DNA of 64,000 bases from Eledone cirrhosa (Eukaryota): the NCBI GenBank assembly GCA_964016885.1, contig OZ024740.1:170624001-170688000 (forward strand). Reading direction: 5' to 3'. Of this stretch, positions 16,431-30,846 are shown piece by piece. A model generated the notes under the pieces. The model did no database searches and was not told the DNA's origin. It saw only the letters and a program-made list of their open reading frames with translations. Position 1 is the stretch's first letter. Each line of letters starts with the position of its first letter. A program made the position numbers and the translations under genes.

Positions 16431-17010
16431 GGTGGCTGCTAACTCGTTTTCGAGTACGGCCACTACTTTATATCCATGTACGAGTGTGTCTTTTTAGTCC
16501 AGCCAGCGACTTGAAAACTCTGGTACAAACACTACACCTGTGACAATTATTGACACATAGTGCTGGGCCCATGGTACCATGATATACATACATACATATA
16601 TGGTGGCTGCCAACACGTTTTCGAGTACGGCCACTACTTTATATCCATGTAGGAGAACCCCTACCGATGCGCTGAACGAGTGTGACTTTTTAGTCCAGCC
16701 AGCGATTTGAAAACTCTGGTACAAACACTTGCGACAATTATTGACTCATAGTGCTGGGCCCATGGTACCATGTGACGACAAGTGCAGAGAGATCTCCAAA
16801 TATAAAGCAATGCCTGTGCCGTGAAGCTTTTATAGTGAGCAAAGGCACTGCACAAAGCCAGTCCCACTCTCTTAACCAAGATGATATGTACCAAAAAGAA
16901 GAACAAGTCAACATCATTGGATACCATCAGTGTTGCAGGTGTTATATCAGAGTTTTCCTTCTCCTAGAATTCTGCCTTGACAAAGGCTAAGGGGTCATCT
17001 CTCCCGGTGA
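16430..17010. mobile_element. Partially tandem-duplicated non-coding module embedded in (CATA)n
   Basis: 16430-16581 is repeated at 16601-16772, and (TACA)n runs flank both copies and the end at ~17010. Confidence 0.6.
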
Positions 17011-17054
17011 TGTATATACATACATACATACATACATCATACATACATACATAT

Positions 17055-17089
<35 letters not shown>

Positions 17090-17119
17090 CATACATACAT
17101 ACATACATACATACATACA

Positions 17120-17150
<31 letters not shown>

Positions 17151-17296
17151 GTATTTACATACATACGTATGTCTGTATGTAAATACATATGTATCTATGT
17201 TAGAAACCGACTCTCTATTGGTAAACATTTGTGAAATTATAAAACCAGACATTCAAGAAATACAACCATAGGCTGCTCTGCTATTACTACTACTGT

Positions 17297-17365
<69 letters not shown>

Positions 17366-17450
17366 CAGAGCTACCACTGCTACTGATACTACTACATACA
17401 CATGCATGCATACTAACACACTCAAACACATTTAAAATATACGTGTGTGT

Positions 17451-17522
<72 letters not shown>

Positions 17523-18108
17523 AAGAAAGAGGGGAGGGAAGGAAAGAAAGAAAGTCGGTCTGAGTTCAAATCCTGCGAGGTTTAAATTTGCTTTTCACCT
17601 TACGTGGTCGATAAAATAAAGAGCCAGTAACGCAGTGGGTAGTTGAACGCGACTTACTCCTTCCCTTCCAATTGCTGGCTAGTGCCATAAGAAGAAATTA
17701 TTATTTTTGGCAGAATGATTGGAGTATCGGAAGAAATGATTAATGGTATTTGTGGTATTTGTCCCCAATCTTTACGCTCTGTGTTCATTGCACCGAAGTA
17801 AACGTTGTCTTTGCACCACCCGGAAGAAATACCTTATAGTAACATTTCAAGTCCTGGAATGGATACAATTGACTATCTCCTCTTGCTCTTTTACCTAAAT
17901 TTGAAACCCCTCTTTTGTATAATTGTTGGTTTCTGTGTGAATGAGTGTACGTTTGTGTGTTTGTGTTTTACAATACATTCTGTGTAAAAACACATTGCGT
18001 TGAAACTTTATCCTTTTTATGTTTTTCCATCTGTTGTGCTTGTTACAAAAATGTAATTATCACTATTATTGCACAGAAGAATAAAGAAAACATTTTTATT
18101 GCACAGAA

Positions 18109-18297
18109 GGCGGTGGATTGGCAGTATCGGTAGAGGGTCTGACGCCGTGCTTTGACGCATAGAGTTACGGCCCTTGTCATTCTGAGTTCAAATCCCGCCA
18201 TGGTTAACTTTGCCTTTCATCCTTACGGGGTCGATAAAATAAAGTACCAGTAATGCACTGGTTAATTGCTGGCCTTGTGAAAAAAGTAGAAACAATT
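18109..18297 (+). mobile_element. tRNA-derived SINE, full-length reference copy, with a Meta-like central domain
   Basis: A-box tggcagtatcgg, B-box gagttcaaatcc, then gcctttcatccttacggggtcgataaaataaagtaccag. About 20 copies in the window. Confidence 0.85.
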
Positions 18298-18524
18298 ATT
18301 GCAGAGAAGATTTGCAAAGTCGTTAAAACGACGTACAAAATGACTTATGGTATATATTTATGGCTCTTTGTTCAAACACCGCCGAAGTCAACTTCACCTT
18401 TCGCTTTTTCGGTGTTAAATTAACCAAGGACACAAAAAATGCCCACCTTGTCTCTAAATTAGGAATTATTATTATTGCTCCTGTTACTGTCAGACCGGTG
18501 GACTGGTAGAATCGTTAAAGCCAG

Positions 18525-18815
18525 TCGCAACCTGATGCAGTCTGCTACTAACCCGGGTTCTGCTGCACGTCGGACTGGGGAGGCCAAACTCTTCAAATAC
18601 CGGTTGCTCTCCGACAGGTTTGTGGTTGTACTCTTGGCAGTGGAGACTTCTGGTGTCCTCGGCCCGAAGTCTACCTCCCTACTCACCACCATAGGCGCTG
18701 AGCTGACCAGCCGCAGGTGTGAGCCTCGCGAGCTAGAATGGCTTTTCCAGCGCGTCTCCCTTGCCGTCCTCCGGAGAAAAGTCTTCTCCATTCTGTCCGC
18801 TGGGGATATGGGAAG
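18525..18815 (+). mobile_element. 3' fragment of a CRE-clade non-LTR retrotransposon (restriction-like endonuclease C-terminus)
   Basis: Translates PGSAA..EAKLFKY..LAVETSGVLGP..WLFQRVSLAVLRRKVFSIL, a typical CRE RLE tail. Confidence 0.75.
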
Positions 18816-19523
18816 GCCACCGACATGATTGACTGACTTGTCATTTTATCAGTCAGATACTCACTCATCCACTCTTCACCCCAATTCTACACTTACCAAG
18901 AACATTTTGTAAACAGCTCTTTATATTGTGAGTTTAATATCTGTCAAGTTTAATTCGACTTTCCTCCCACCTGGCCCAATTAAATAAAGTAGCAGTCACA
19001 CACTGGAATCGATGTATTCCGTAGATCCCGAAGATGCTCGTGCGGAATGCTTTCGTCATCTTGCACAGAATGGTTTTGTCACCCCATGCAGTTTGGCTTC
19101 AACACCGTTAGGGAAGCCCGTCATACTAGCATTTACACCAATCGGCATGTGCACCAACTCATCTGTTTAGAAAAGGAATCCTGGAACATATTTGAAAGTT
19201 GGTTTATGTTGATTCTCGACATTATGTCTTGGAAGTCCTTGATTCTTCGAAGTAATTTATAGAATGCTAACGTAGGAATTCTGACGATTGCATTACCCGA
19301 CTAGCAGAGGGCTTTGAGCCTCTCACATCAGATGGCAGCCACCCAATTTCCATCTTCGCTTAACCCAGGTGAGAGGCTCCATCAATAATAATAATGATAA
19401 TGATTGCTAATTGAGATACAAAGCCAACAATGTGTGGCGCAAGGAGGTCTAATAAAGAAGAAGAAGAAGAAGAAGAAGAAGAAGAAGAAGAAGAAGAAGA
19501 AGAAGAAGAAGAAGAAGAAGAAG

Positions 19524-19790
19524 ATTAGTTTAGCGCTTCTTTCGAACAATAGTCCTTCATCAGAAGTTAGAATGAGAAATAAAAGATGAAAGTGAAAGGT
19601 ATAGTAGAGTAAGAAGAGGAAGCAAAGGAAAAAATGATAAAAATACGTGCGTGCGTGTTTGCATGCGTGTGTGTGTGCATGTGTGTGTATATATATATAT
19701 GTGTGTGTGTGTGTATGTGTGAGTGTGTGTGTATGCTTAACATTTATCTATTTATTGATTATCAATCCTTTTTGACAAACTTATTTAGAA
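19524..19790 (-). mobile_element. Second copy of the (TTC)n-tailed HHR-like repeat
   Basis: Homologous to 281-590 and abuts (GAA)n at 19455-19523. Confidence 0.65.
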
Positions 19791-19959
19791 ATTATGATCA
19801 GTGATCGCAGAACATCGGTTTCCTTAATATTTTATAGAATGGCTAAAATCACTTTATTCTTTGTAAAAGTCAACCAACAAAACGCATATGTTCTGCACAA
19901 ATGGTATCGTAATTCAACAGAGGTTACTCAAGCATGTATGGTTTTCCAAAGAGGGTTTT

Positions 19960-20690
19960 AAAGACATAGTTAAAATCACTGGAAGAATGGTGACCAATCT
20001 CAAGTATGACGACCATACTGTCTTTATTGCAATCAGTTAAGAGAAATTTAGTTTTTTCTATCGAAAGAAAATCAACGGAAAAATTAAGAATATGGTTTAT
20101 TCATTAAATTTGATTGACTTCTAAATACGCTGAACGAATCATTGAGTTTCCAGGTTTCGTCTTACAGAAAGAAGAGCAAATTAGTATGTGACGAAACACA
20201 TTAGAATTGAGTGGAACCTCGGAAAACAGAAAATGTGTGGTCAAATGGTTAGGATATTTGACTTACAATAACAATATCACGCGATCAATTCCTGGACTGC
20301 GTGGCACTTTGTGTTCTTGAGGTCACACTTCGCTTTACGTTGCTTTAGTCTGCTCAACCGAAAAATATACCAGCAGTATCAGGAAGTTACACCGTTGATC
20401 GACTAATGTCCTCTCCATGGTGAAGTCTTGTACTGTCAGTCATTTAACGCCAATAAACCGGGCTTGGGGGAGATTTAGCCTTTTTAGCAAAAGGTGTTTT
20501 AGGCGTATGCTAAAAGCAGATGTGATATAAAATGTTTTGGCCACAAAAATATTCCTATATATGAAGCCAAGTAAAGACCAAGTAGAACCTTAGCAACTGG
20601 ATTGACAGGATCATGGAGATGACAGAATTTAAGATACAACAAATAATAATTGCAGCAGAATATAGAGATTCGTGGAAAAGTGTTATCGGG
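19960..20690 (+). mobile_element. Highly decayed RTE-clade LINE remnant
   Basis: 19981 reads GRMVTNLKYDDHTVFIA (like NLRYADDTVLIA). ~20594-20680 reads W.D.I.E.T....AAEYRDSW, an RTE-type C-terminus. Confidence 0.5.
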
Positions 20691-22414
20691 TGAAACTACT
20701 ACTTCACAAGAGCTTGCGGTTGTAGGTGATGATATAAATTTGATGAATATAAATTTGATGAAACACGTGTAAGACCGCTTGAGGGGATGTACATTTTCTT
20801 AAGTGGTAGGTTTATTTCGTCTTTATTTAACATCGCTACCTTGCACTTAGTGTACTCATCTTCTGCAAAGAAGTCCTTTATTCCTTCCACTTTTATTGGG
20901 TCACTGATAATGGGTAAGGAGCACTGACCTTCATCCTCTGAAAACGAATTGAAAACATATGTACTGTCAAGGCATATGTAATGTTACTGATATACCCACA
21001 TTACTGTACTTTTATTGTCTCAAAAACCGTATCGTTCTAAACACTGTATTCCTGATATATTCCATTCCCTGCAATGCTATTATTGATCTTAGAAAAAAAA
21101 ATACTTTTCTTATTACGCAAATGGTATTTTCTATTATAGGTTTGTGGTATGATTAAATGATTTTCCTATATATAAAGTGATATTTTCTGTCCTATATGCT
21201 GTTCGTTATACCATAAACGATACTATTGGTAACTTGTAATAATCTTTATCGTCATTTTGCCATACGCTCATTTATGTACAAACATTGGAACTTTGATAAA
21301 TTCCTGTAAGAATATGAACAGTATGTATTAATATCTTTATGTGAGCTCAAATTTCCACGAAGACTTACCTGGAATGAAAGAGTTGAACATTAAATTGTAC
21401 TGTTGTAGGAAAGAACAATTAAAATGGTTTGGTGAAGTTACAGAGACGGGGAAAAAAGAAATTCAAGTGCAAGAAAAGAGAAATGTAACACCACTTTTTA
21501 GCTATGATTTTAATATTAAATGTATTAGATTTAAATACAATTAAATCAAACGCCGAAATCATTTTAGAATATAGCGAATGTAATCAATTCCTTTTAACTC
21601 AGTTTTGTACACCACAAAAACAAACCTATACCGATTGAGAAGATATATAATAATGACATATTGCTCACATTACAATGTTTGATCTGCAAGGAGAAATATG
21701 TTTGTAAATTAAGGATTATGGCCCAAATTGCGTTCACACATATGAATGAGTAAATTATTGAAACGAGATATATCAAACTACAAATTATAGCACCATCTTC
21801 AACTTATCACAAAAATCTATGCTGTTTCAATATACATCAAGCAGGATATTATGTCGAAGAAAAGGCTTTTATTCTTATTTAATTGGGAGAAGAAAATATA
21901 AAGAAATTTCTAAGTTTATTTGATCAATTAGAACAGTGTATAATATATTCTAAATAAAAACATAGATGATGCCCTTTCAACGAAGAATTTTCAAAAGTAA
22001 AATGTATGATATAATCTAGTAATTTTTTGTGTATTTTTCAAGAAAGTTAAGTACTACATGATGCAAAAATTGAATGGGTGGGAAACAAAGTGAAACTTAT
22101 ATTTCACAAAATTTCTTATTCGAATTAGTGTCCATGTGCACTCTAACCAAACATCTTTGCTTTGACAGAAATGTAAATAAAATAAATTATTCTTTCCCTA
22201 CAAAATTGAATTATAGTTTTACTGATGGTAAAGTTAACTTGCATCGTCAATGTATGACATTTTCATATCGATAATACGTTGATTTCTTTTGCATATCTCC
22301 ATTGAACTTTTGGTATTTCAATGATACGTTTGCATTTGTAAATATACTTTAGTTGTAGAAGTGACGTCAGAACGAGTATCCTCCACGACCAACTAACCTG
22401 TTCTCCGCCTCAGG

Positions 22415-23080
22415 GTCCCGGCCGACAGGACGGAGAATGCATTGTCTCGGAGGACGGCGAGGGTGACGCGCTGAAACAGCCACTTCACCTCGCGGGGCTC
22501 ACACCTGCGTGGGAGAGGGGTAACTTCACACCGATAGCAGTGAGTAGGGATGTGGTCCAGGGGCCAAGAACTTCTACAGGCTTACCACAAACCTCTCCGA
22601 GAGCGACCAATATGGGGACAGTTTGCCCTCTTCGGCTTGGCAGGCAGCAGAACCTGGGCGTGTAGCCCAACGCACCAGGTTGCCACTTGAGTAGGTGTCA
22701 CAGCATGTGGCATTCCCAATGAGGGGCCAACCCCCACGGAACGGGAAGATTGTAATGCCGTCTTGCGTTTTGTCGTCCCATCCAGGCAATTCCTTATGAT
22801 CTCTTTGAGAGCAGCAAGGCATGGAAGGCGGCCAGCACTATAACGGCTTGACGTGGGTGTAGACCGAAAGGATGCACAATGTTACTGCAGCGGCATTTGT
22901 GAGGTTCACAGAGGTAGAGGCCGAGCATCTGGGAAACCTCAATTCGCAAGCCATCGCTGTCCAGCTGAGCGCCGGTCGCGAGTGAGGGAACTACGTTAAG
23001 CTATGTACTACTATGGATTTGAGAAGCCGAACAGAAGCATGCCAGACGGTGCTGGTTGAACCGGTGCACCAGCCCGTCTG
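22415..23080 (-). mobile_element. Decayed CRE-clade non-LTR retrotransposon 3' fragment
   Basis: Frameshifted translation EPHKCRC..HPFGLHP, DGITIFPFRGG..ATCCDTY..PGSAA..AEEGK, PVEVLGPW..FQRVTLAVLR. Related to 18525-18815. Confidence 0.7.
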
Positions 23081-23663
23081 AAATCAAGTTGCAAATTATG
23101 ATGTTCTATTTCTTTTGGGGATAGACATTGACAGAGTGAAAAATTCTATGTGGACATGGAGGAATTATATCATTACTAGACTTAAAAAGAACAATTTAGA
23201 AGATATTATTTCAAATGTTTCTGTCAAAAGAGGCGCGCAGTTCTGCCGCCTTCTTAACGTTTTGCAGAATTAATTATATTCCAATTTATAGAATATCGTA
23301 TATTATCCTTTTTTTAAACTCCATATTAATTTAGCTAAACGAGTAGTGTTATTTTAGATTTTCTTTCTTAAAAGCATGTAGATGTACATAGATTCCAGTT
23401 TTAAAAGTATTAGCATCTGCTCCTATTATATGATTTTTTTATATGTTCAGACCTCACACTTATATACATTACTTCTAAAGCAACTAGCCCTAAGCGAACA
23501 AGAATCTTGGACCCTACAATTACAATTAGCTACTGGAGTATTAGTATTTAGAATTCTATTTACTGTATTACACAGGGGTCTAAAAAGGGATATACGATAC
23601 TCTATTAAATGGGATGTTATGTGTGTGTAATATATATGTGTATATATATTTATATACATATAT

Positions 23664-23738
<75 letters not shown>

Positions 23739-23739
<1 letters not shown>

Positions 23740-24009
23740 ATTGAATATATGAATATATGAGAGGGATGAACACCGATACAAGTATACATGTGTTCCAATT
23801 GTAAATGACCAAGTTAGCTAGGTTGAAAAGAATATTAAATTAGTATTTTTTCAACCTAGCTAAGTTGGTCATTTGCAATTGTAACACATGTATACTTGTA
23901 TCTGTGTTCATCCCTCTCATATATTCAATTGTATTACACGGCTCGGAAATATTTCCTTCTTTGAGCTATTTAATTGTAAAAGACTATTTGGAGTTTCTAA
24001 CTCAATCTA

Positions 24010-24011
<2 letters not shown>
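23739..24011. mobile_element. Fold-back copy of the ~500-bp (TA)n-associated family F (other copies ~3685-3762, 55141-55703, 59535-60330)
   Basis: ~190-bp palindrome at 23739-23930 followed by the family tail ...gagtttctaactcaatctatga(TA)n. Confidence 0.8.
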
Positions 24012-24080
<69 letters not shown>

Positions 24081-24094
24081 AATTTGTGAGTATA

Positions 24095-24561
24095 TACCAG
24101 TATTCGCGGAGGTTACCTTCCTAGAGCACCTGCGAAGAGTGAAAAACCGCGAATATTGGACATGGTCCATAAAAATGCCTATAAATATCAAAATATAAGG
24201 TAAAATATAATTAAAAAAAGAAAGACCATCGTATCCAAAGAGCGTCCAATAGACCGGTAAATGTGGTATATTGTTATTAATAATTTAGCGTAAAAAAATA
24301 AATATTGCCACGAAAAAAGCCATTAAAAAAATCGCAGAAGATATTTACGATTCCGCGAATATGCGATTGTTTTCATTGGATTGGCAGTATCGGTAGGTTA
24401 ACTTTACCTTTTATCGTTACGGGGTCGATAAAATAAAGTACCAGTAATGCACTGGGTAATTGCTGGCCTTGTGCCAAAAGTAGAAACAATTATTAGTTAG
24501 CTTCTACTGAAAATTCCATAATTAACCGGGATCGCGAATGCCGGGGGGCGGGGGCATTGTA
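24095..24561. mobile_element. pogo/Tigger-like MITE with a SINE (24377-24492) inserted
   Basis: Repeated ttcgcg/cgcgaata subterminal motifs, and the right end gcgaatgccggggggcgggggcattg-TA. Confidence 0.5.
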
Positions 24562-25343
24562 TATGATCGAATCTGATTTCCTTTACTATTTATTCTGTTA
24601 ATATATCTTCAGTTATAAGTTTCTTAATAACTAGACCATCACTTAATTATTAATATATTTATTACTGAATATATTACTTTTCTTAATATATTCAATTAAT
24701 ATTAAATTTGTAATTTTCATAATTTCAATCAAGTCTTATTAAACGTATATGCTCTCGTTGTATACCTATAACTTTAATTTGGTGTATCAGTGTGTAAGTT
24801 TCGAATAATATTTTTAGTTACTGCACATTATATTTTTATCACTAATAAATTCTAATTGCGTATTTAGTCTTCCATAAACTTTTAACGTTTTCCCAACAGT
24901 ATTTGAATTTGTTTACATTTTCGGACTTCTGTGATGTTTTTATGGAACTGTAATGGGAAATATTACTTATATTTAACGGATTCTGAAAAGATTATTATAA
25001 CAGATATAATCATTCCTCTTAGTGTATCGAAATGGCCAGCAATCAATTAAATTTTATTTTTACTCATATATATATATAAAGAATGAATAATAACAGGTAG
25101 ACATCATAAAAAGGTAGACATCATAAAAAGCCTAGTTATGCTGTATAACCACCGTGGAAACATTTGTAAGCACACGGAATAAATTACCTTTTTATGATGT
25201 CTACCTGTTATCTACACTCCGGAATACAGAAGGATCAGGAACTGAGTTTCTTCAACTATTCTTCCATAACTCGTTGAGTAACCTCTCACCGTACGTCAAC
25301 TTTATCCAGTGTAGTAATTAACCATTACTGCACCCAGGATAAT

Positions 25344-25449
<106 letters not shown>

Positions 25450-25503
25450 ATATTTCCATGTTATTGTGACACACATACACATACACACACACACACGACA
25501 CAC

Positions 25504-25616
<113 letters not shown>

Positions 25617-26079
25617 ACAATAACATTGAAATATAAAATTTGATTTTTATTCATTGTTCTACAATTGTTTCTGTACTACATTCCGCTTCTCACTCGTTCT
25701 TTACGTAATTGGTTTCAATATAAAGTTTTCTATGCGGATGTATTTATGTATGTGTGTCTGTCTGTATGTATGTATGTATGTGTGTATGTATGTGTGTATG
25801 TATGTATGTATGTATGCATGTATGTATATATGTATGTATGCATGTATTAGTTCTTGTTGCTTCTTACCACAAAGAAGGGGGTAATGTATGACGTAATTTT
25901 TTGTTTGTTTGGGGGGGGGGAGCAAAACATTTGAAGTCGACACTTCAAAGACTGAAAGAATAAATATGTTCAGCAATGGTGCGATTCAAACCAAACCAAA
26001 AAAGAAAATCGGTAGTGTGATCTTTGTCAAATAAGGTAAATCGAAGGGAAGTATAAGCTTAAGAGAGGGGTCATGGCAA

Positions 26080-26740
26080 CAATAGAAGTAAAACCTGCTA
26101 AATGGCTGGATACGTTGTATTATGAGCCACTTAATTATAGAGATAAGGGAATTGAAACAAAGAAGATCACCGAGGGTGGAAATTCAATGACTGATAAAGC
26201 AGCTTCTAGCTCTGCTGTATACTGATTGTACTGTGTCCTAAATATAAGTACCAACTGATGTTGTACGACGTCATTCTAACACGTCTTGAGACTTTTGACA
26301 TCCTAAATAGGAGGAGTACCTGTGAGATCTCAGCTAACCTTGATAGGAAATTTTACTTCAACCTTTTTGCCACCAATAGACTCGACCTCGTCGTGTCATT
26401 AAAGGAACGGAATGTGGGGAGGATAGTAGAGCTGACTCTCTCCTGGGCGGTGAGTATTAATGATGTATATAAGAAGTAAGCCAGAACGTATAGTGAGGCG
26501 TTTTAATTCTGTGAAACAAGCGGATGTGAGGCATCATGTATCCCTACAGTGATAGGTATTAGGAGATTTGTCAGAATCAGTGTTGAGTTTCTGTGCAAGG
26601 GCCTTGGACTGGCTGCAAAAGAAAGGATAACTCTTTCTAAGAAATTGTCAGAGGCTGTAGAGAGAACCAGTCCTTAAATTCTTCTCAGAAGAGATGAGTG
26701 GTGCAGCAGAAGCGTTGCGATGCATGGGGACTTGTCGAGT
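26080..26740 (+). mobile_element. Decayed HERO/NeSL-type non-LTR 3' fragment (RLE domain)
   Basis: TNRLDLVV..RIVELTLSW....YKK, then IG.RRFV..LSEAVERTS..ILLRR, matching the RPD..ELT.PW..K..KY pattern. Confidence 0.6.
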
Positions 26741-27259
26741 GGAGTCACAATACCTGACTCATTTAATTTCGTGTTGTTGTACAGGATTTTTATCACCTAT
26801 ATTGAATGAATACATTATATAAAAACATAGGTTATTAAACCGTCGACATATAAATAGAGAAATACTAACACTAACACATTTGTATGCGGATAAAAGATAA
26901 AAGAAAGAAAATATAGTTTCAAATGCAGAACCTACATTTAAAAAGGAAACACAAAGCATAACATTACAGATAAACCCCGAGGAAAATGTTGGTATACATA
27001 GATGCAAACCTTTAACGCAAAAGACCTACAATTTGCTAATAGTATATCACAATTGTAAGTCAAAGACAACAAATATGATTTACATGTATTCGCAATATGC
27101 CCAATATTGCTTCACAGAGATAGACTGGTGTGGTTATTTTTAGAAAAAAGCACATGCTTATAAGAACAAGCAAACATGCAGGTTTATATATATTTGGCTA
27201 TAGCACTAAGATAGCATATAAGTAAAATGGAGGAGTATACGAAAATATATATAAACATG

Positions 27260-27441
27260 TGAATTGGCAGTATCGGTAGAGGGTTGGACGCCATGCTTTC
27301 TAGCATAGTTACGTCCCTTTACAGTCTGAGTTCAAATCCCGCCGAGGTTAACTTTGCCTTTCATCCTTACGGGGTCGATAAAATAAAGTACCAGTAATGT
27401 ACTGGTAATTGCTGGCCTTGTGCCTAAAGTAGAAACAATTA
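27260..27441 (+). mobile_element. tRNA-derived SINE, near full length
   Basis: Matches the consensus at 18109-18297. Confidence 0.85.
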
Positions 27442-28231
27442 TATATTTACATACAATAAACATATGGGTAGCCTTGCTATCAAAAAGAAATTGTTTTCCT
27501 TAACGAAACAAAATGATTTTTCTCTGCATTCCTCTGTGAATATATCACAGAGTGTTGTTTCAGTTAATCTTTCATCAGTTTATCAGTAACACTCACTCAA
27601 CCCTTACTGGCCTGGAAATAAAATAGTGTCTCTATAGCTTTCGGTGATGATAATTTACTGGAGATGCTCATTTGCTGCAACGTTGTCTTAATGCTATCGC
27701 CATTTACATATAAACAGCAAAGTTTGTACTATATGCAAATGAGCATTACCAGCCGATGTTTTCTATTTGCTAATTAGCATCTTCAGAAAATGATCTCACG
27801 CAAAAAGTTTATATAGACTTTAGTTCATTTCCAACCCAGTAAGAAATTCATAGTGAAACGTAAATGATAAAAATAATAGTTGCTGATGTTATAGATTTGA
27901 TTGTGCAAACAATGTGCCCAGAATTGTAAATGCAAATGTGTCATCAATGCAATACATTTACATCAAAGCAGATCACAGAAACAAATATTTTACAAGCAAA
28001 TATGGTTCGCGAATTGTAATAACATGGATGCGGGTTCGAGTATACTTGTAAAGGAAGATTACTCAGCATAGGTGACTGGAAATTGTTCAGAAGAAAATTT
28101 CTTCGAGGACGACAGTTAGATAATAATTAGGTTCTCCTACTTAAGCATCACTGACTGTTTCATGATCTTGACACAAAGTCGTGATATGATGAGTATGCCC
28201 AATCAACACATGTACACATACACACCTACAA

Positions 28232-28293
<62 letters not shown>

Positions 28294-28960
28294 GAACACA
28301 AAATCAGTGTTGCATCATATACATATGTAATTACATATTACATGTTTCACTGTCGATCAGCTCCAGGAATAATCTATTAATGATCGGACCTGACTCTGGA
28401 ATTGGAAGCTCTTCTGATAGGTTTTAACATGTAAACTCGCGTATATATATATATATATATATATAATAAGTTGATGAGATTAGCATAAGTTTCTCTGTTA
28501 GTACCGGTTGCATCTCAGTGTACTCTTCGCTGTTATTATGGCCCCAGGGTTTAAACCCAACAGCTTTTTTTCGACTTGGATTTATTTCTTCTCAATTACT
28601 CACTTACATGTGCCATTGTCCTGTGTTTCCCCCTTCTATCGGTATGTTTACTTCTCTTTTTTTTTCTTCTCTCATTTTTTTTCTCTCTCTCTTCGCTATC
28701 ACTTCTTCCCCTCCAATCTTTTTGATCGATAAAAGGCTAATGGCGCGCTTCGGCTAGATGTATTGTCTATAATGCATTGAAACATCCGTGACTCGCAGTG
28801 GAGAACTGACGAAGGGAAACTGTCCATCTCCTGTTTGTGTCACCTTACCTTCTAACACTAGTTATCAGTAACCACTCAGGCTCGTCTGCCTCAATTCATA
28901 TATATATATATATATTAGAATTGTTGCTCTGAAATAGCTATATATATATGAATGTATATA

Positions 28961-29275
28961 TAGTGTATTTTGCAAGACACTGTATGCTTAATAAAAAGCA
29001 TTTTGAATACCTCATGCTATTGTTTTAGAGTAGTGACAGACTCACTTACTTTAATTTCAGCAAACATATAAGAACCAAAACATCCAGGTTTTCAGTAAAC
29101 GGGGGGAGTAGTTGGCTTTGATACGCATCAATAAATGCAGAAACAAGGCCTTGTCAGCTTTATCTCCCCCTGTTTGCTGAAATTAAAGTAAGTGAGTGTG
29201 TCACTACTCTAAAACAATAGCATAAGGTCTTCAAAATGCTTTATAATAAGCATACAGTGTATTGTACAATACACT

Positions 29276-29278
<3 letters not shown>
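28961..29278. repeat. (TA)n-flanked fold-back module with ~105-bp inverted arms; related to 2655-2750
   Basis: tgtatgctta.taaaaagcattttgaa.acct.atgctattgttttagagtagtgaca.actcacttactttaatttcagcaaaca and its reverse complement. Confidence 0.8.
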
Positions 29279-29308
<30 letters not shown>

Positions 29309-29490
29309 ATATATAAGTGTGTGTGTAGCTATATATATATATATATATAACCAAAGATTAATATGGCTCATTGATTACTCACTGAATATAGTTTTACAAT
29401 AGATTAAAAGCACTCTAGAGTGAAGTGTTCTGGAGTTATTAATATTATTCAGAATATTAATAAATGAAGACATTCACATAATCAAAATAT

Positions 29491-29560
29491 ATGTTTTATT
29501 ATATATATTTCGAAGGTACTGTGCTGTTTTTTCAGTACGTCCTCGTCAGATAAAATACAT
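29491..29560 (-). ncRNA. Type I hammerhead ribozyme, intact core, in fold-back module 29445-29699
   Basis: Minus strand: ttttat CTGACGA ggacgtactg..cagtaccttc GAAA tatata TA ataaaa. Stem I is 6 bp; stem II pairs at 9 of 10 positions. Confidence 0.85.
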
Positions 29561-29694
29561 GAATTGATAGTTCAATTCCAGTATTGGCAATACTGGAATT
29601 GAACCATCAACAGAACCATCAACAGTACCTTCGAAATATATATAATAAAACATATATTTTGATTATGTGAATGTCTTCATTTATTAATATTCTA

Positions 29695-29756
<62 letters not shown>

Positions 29757-29787
29757 ATATATATAGATATATAGATATATATGTATG

Positions 29788-29823
<36 letters not shown>

Positions 29824-29949
29824 AATAGCTACATAAATGCATGTATTTACATATATAAAATACACGCATGTATATAAACATATACAGACACACACGATTT
29901 TATATGTGCGTACATAAGTGTGTATGTTAATGTATACACACACACACAC

Positions 29950-30037
<88 letters not shown>

Positions 30038-30130
30038 GTTTATATATATATATATATATACACACACACATATATATATATATATATGTGTATATATATA
30101 CACACATACACACACATATATATATGAATG

Positions 30131-30172
<42 letters not shown>

Positions 30173-30195
30173 CATATATATACACATATATATAT

Positions 30196-30231
<36 letters not shown>

Positions 30232-30372
30232 ACAATTGTTTATGTGAGTGTATATGTGTGCGTATGCATATGTATTGCATGTATGGAAGGGAAATGTGAA
30301 AGGATAACATGCGTATATAAACCTGAATATGCATGTATAGGTTCCTGATATTTACTGTCATAAACACGCAGA

Positions 30373-30487
<115 letters not shown>

Positions 30488-30576
30488 ATATATATATATG
30501 TCCCAAAAAGTATACACATTTCAACACCATTCTAAAAAATATTTCCTGTACAGGAAATCAAATTATGCGGGTACAC

Positions 30577-30608
<32 letters not shown>

Positions 30609-30762
30609 CGTATGTATGTATGTATGTATATACAAACATATATTGTAGAGCAAATGACAGGACGCTGGTCAGGTTGTATTTCTTTAAATTTTATTACTAC
30701 AAACACTTCGAGAAAAGACCAATTCTACCCAGTGGTGAACTATATATATATATATTGGTTCA

Positions 30763-30846
<84 letters not shown>

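Noticed and set aside
18109-18200. tRNA gene
   Set aside because: The A and B boxes belong to a multi-copy SINE head with no cloverleaf, and the sequence continues into the SINE body.
21100-22330. Possible decayed DNA-transposase coding sequence
   Set aside because: The composition is suggestive, but I could not read any diagnostic motif or terminal repeat.
28800-28830. ctgacga-aggg..tcc HHR-like start (similar partial motifs at ~1843, ~1897, ~53220)
   Set aside because: GAAA, stem III or stem I could not be completed, so these were not called as ribozymes.
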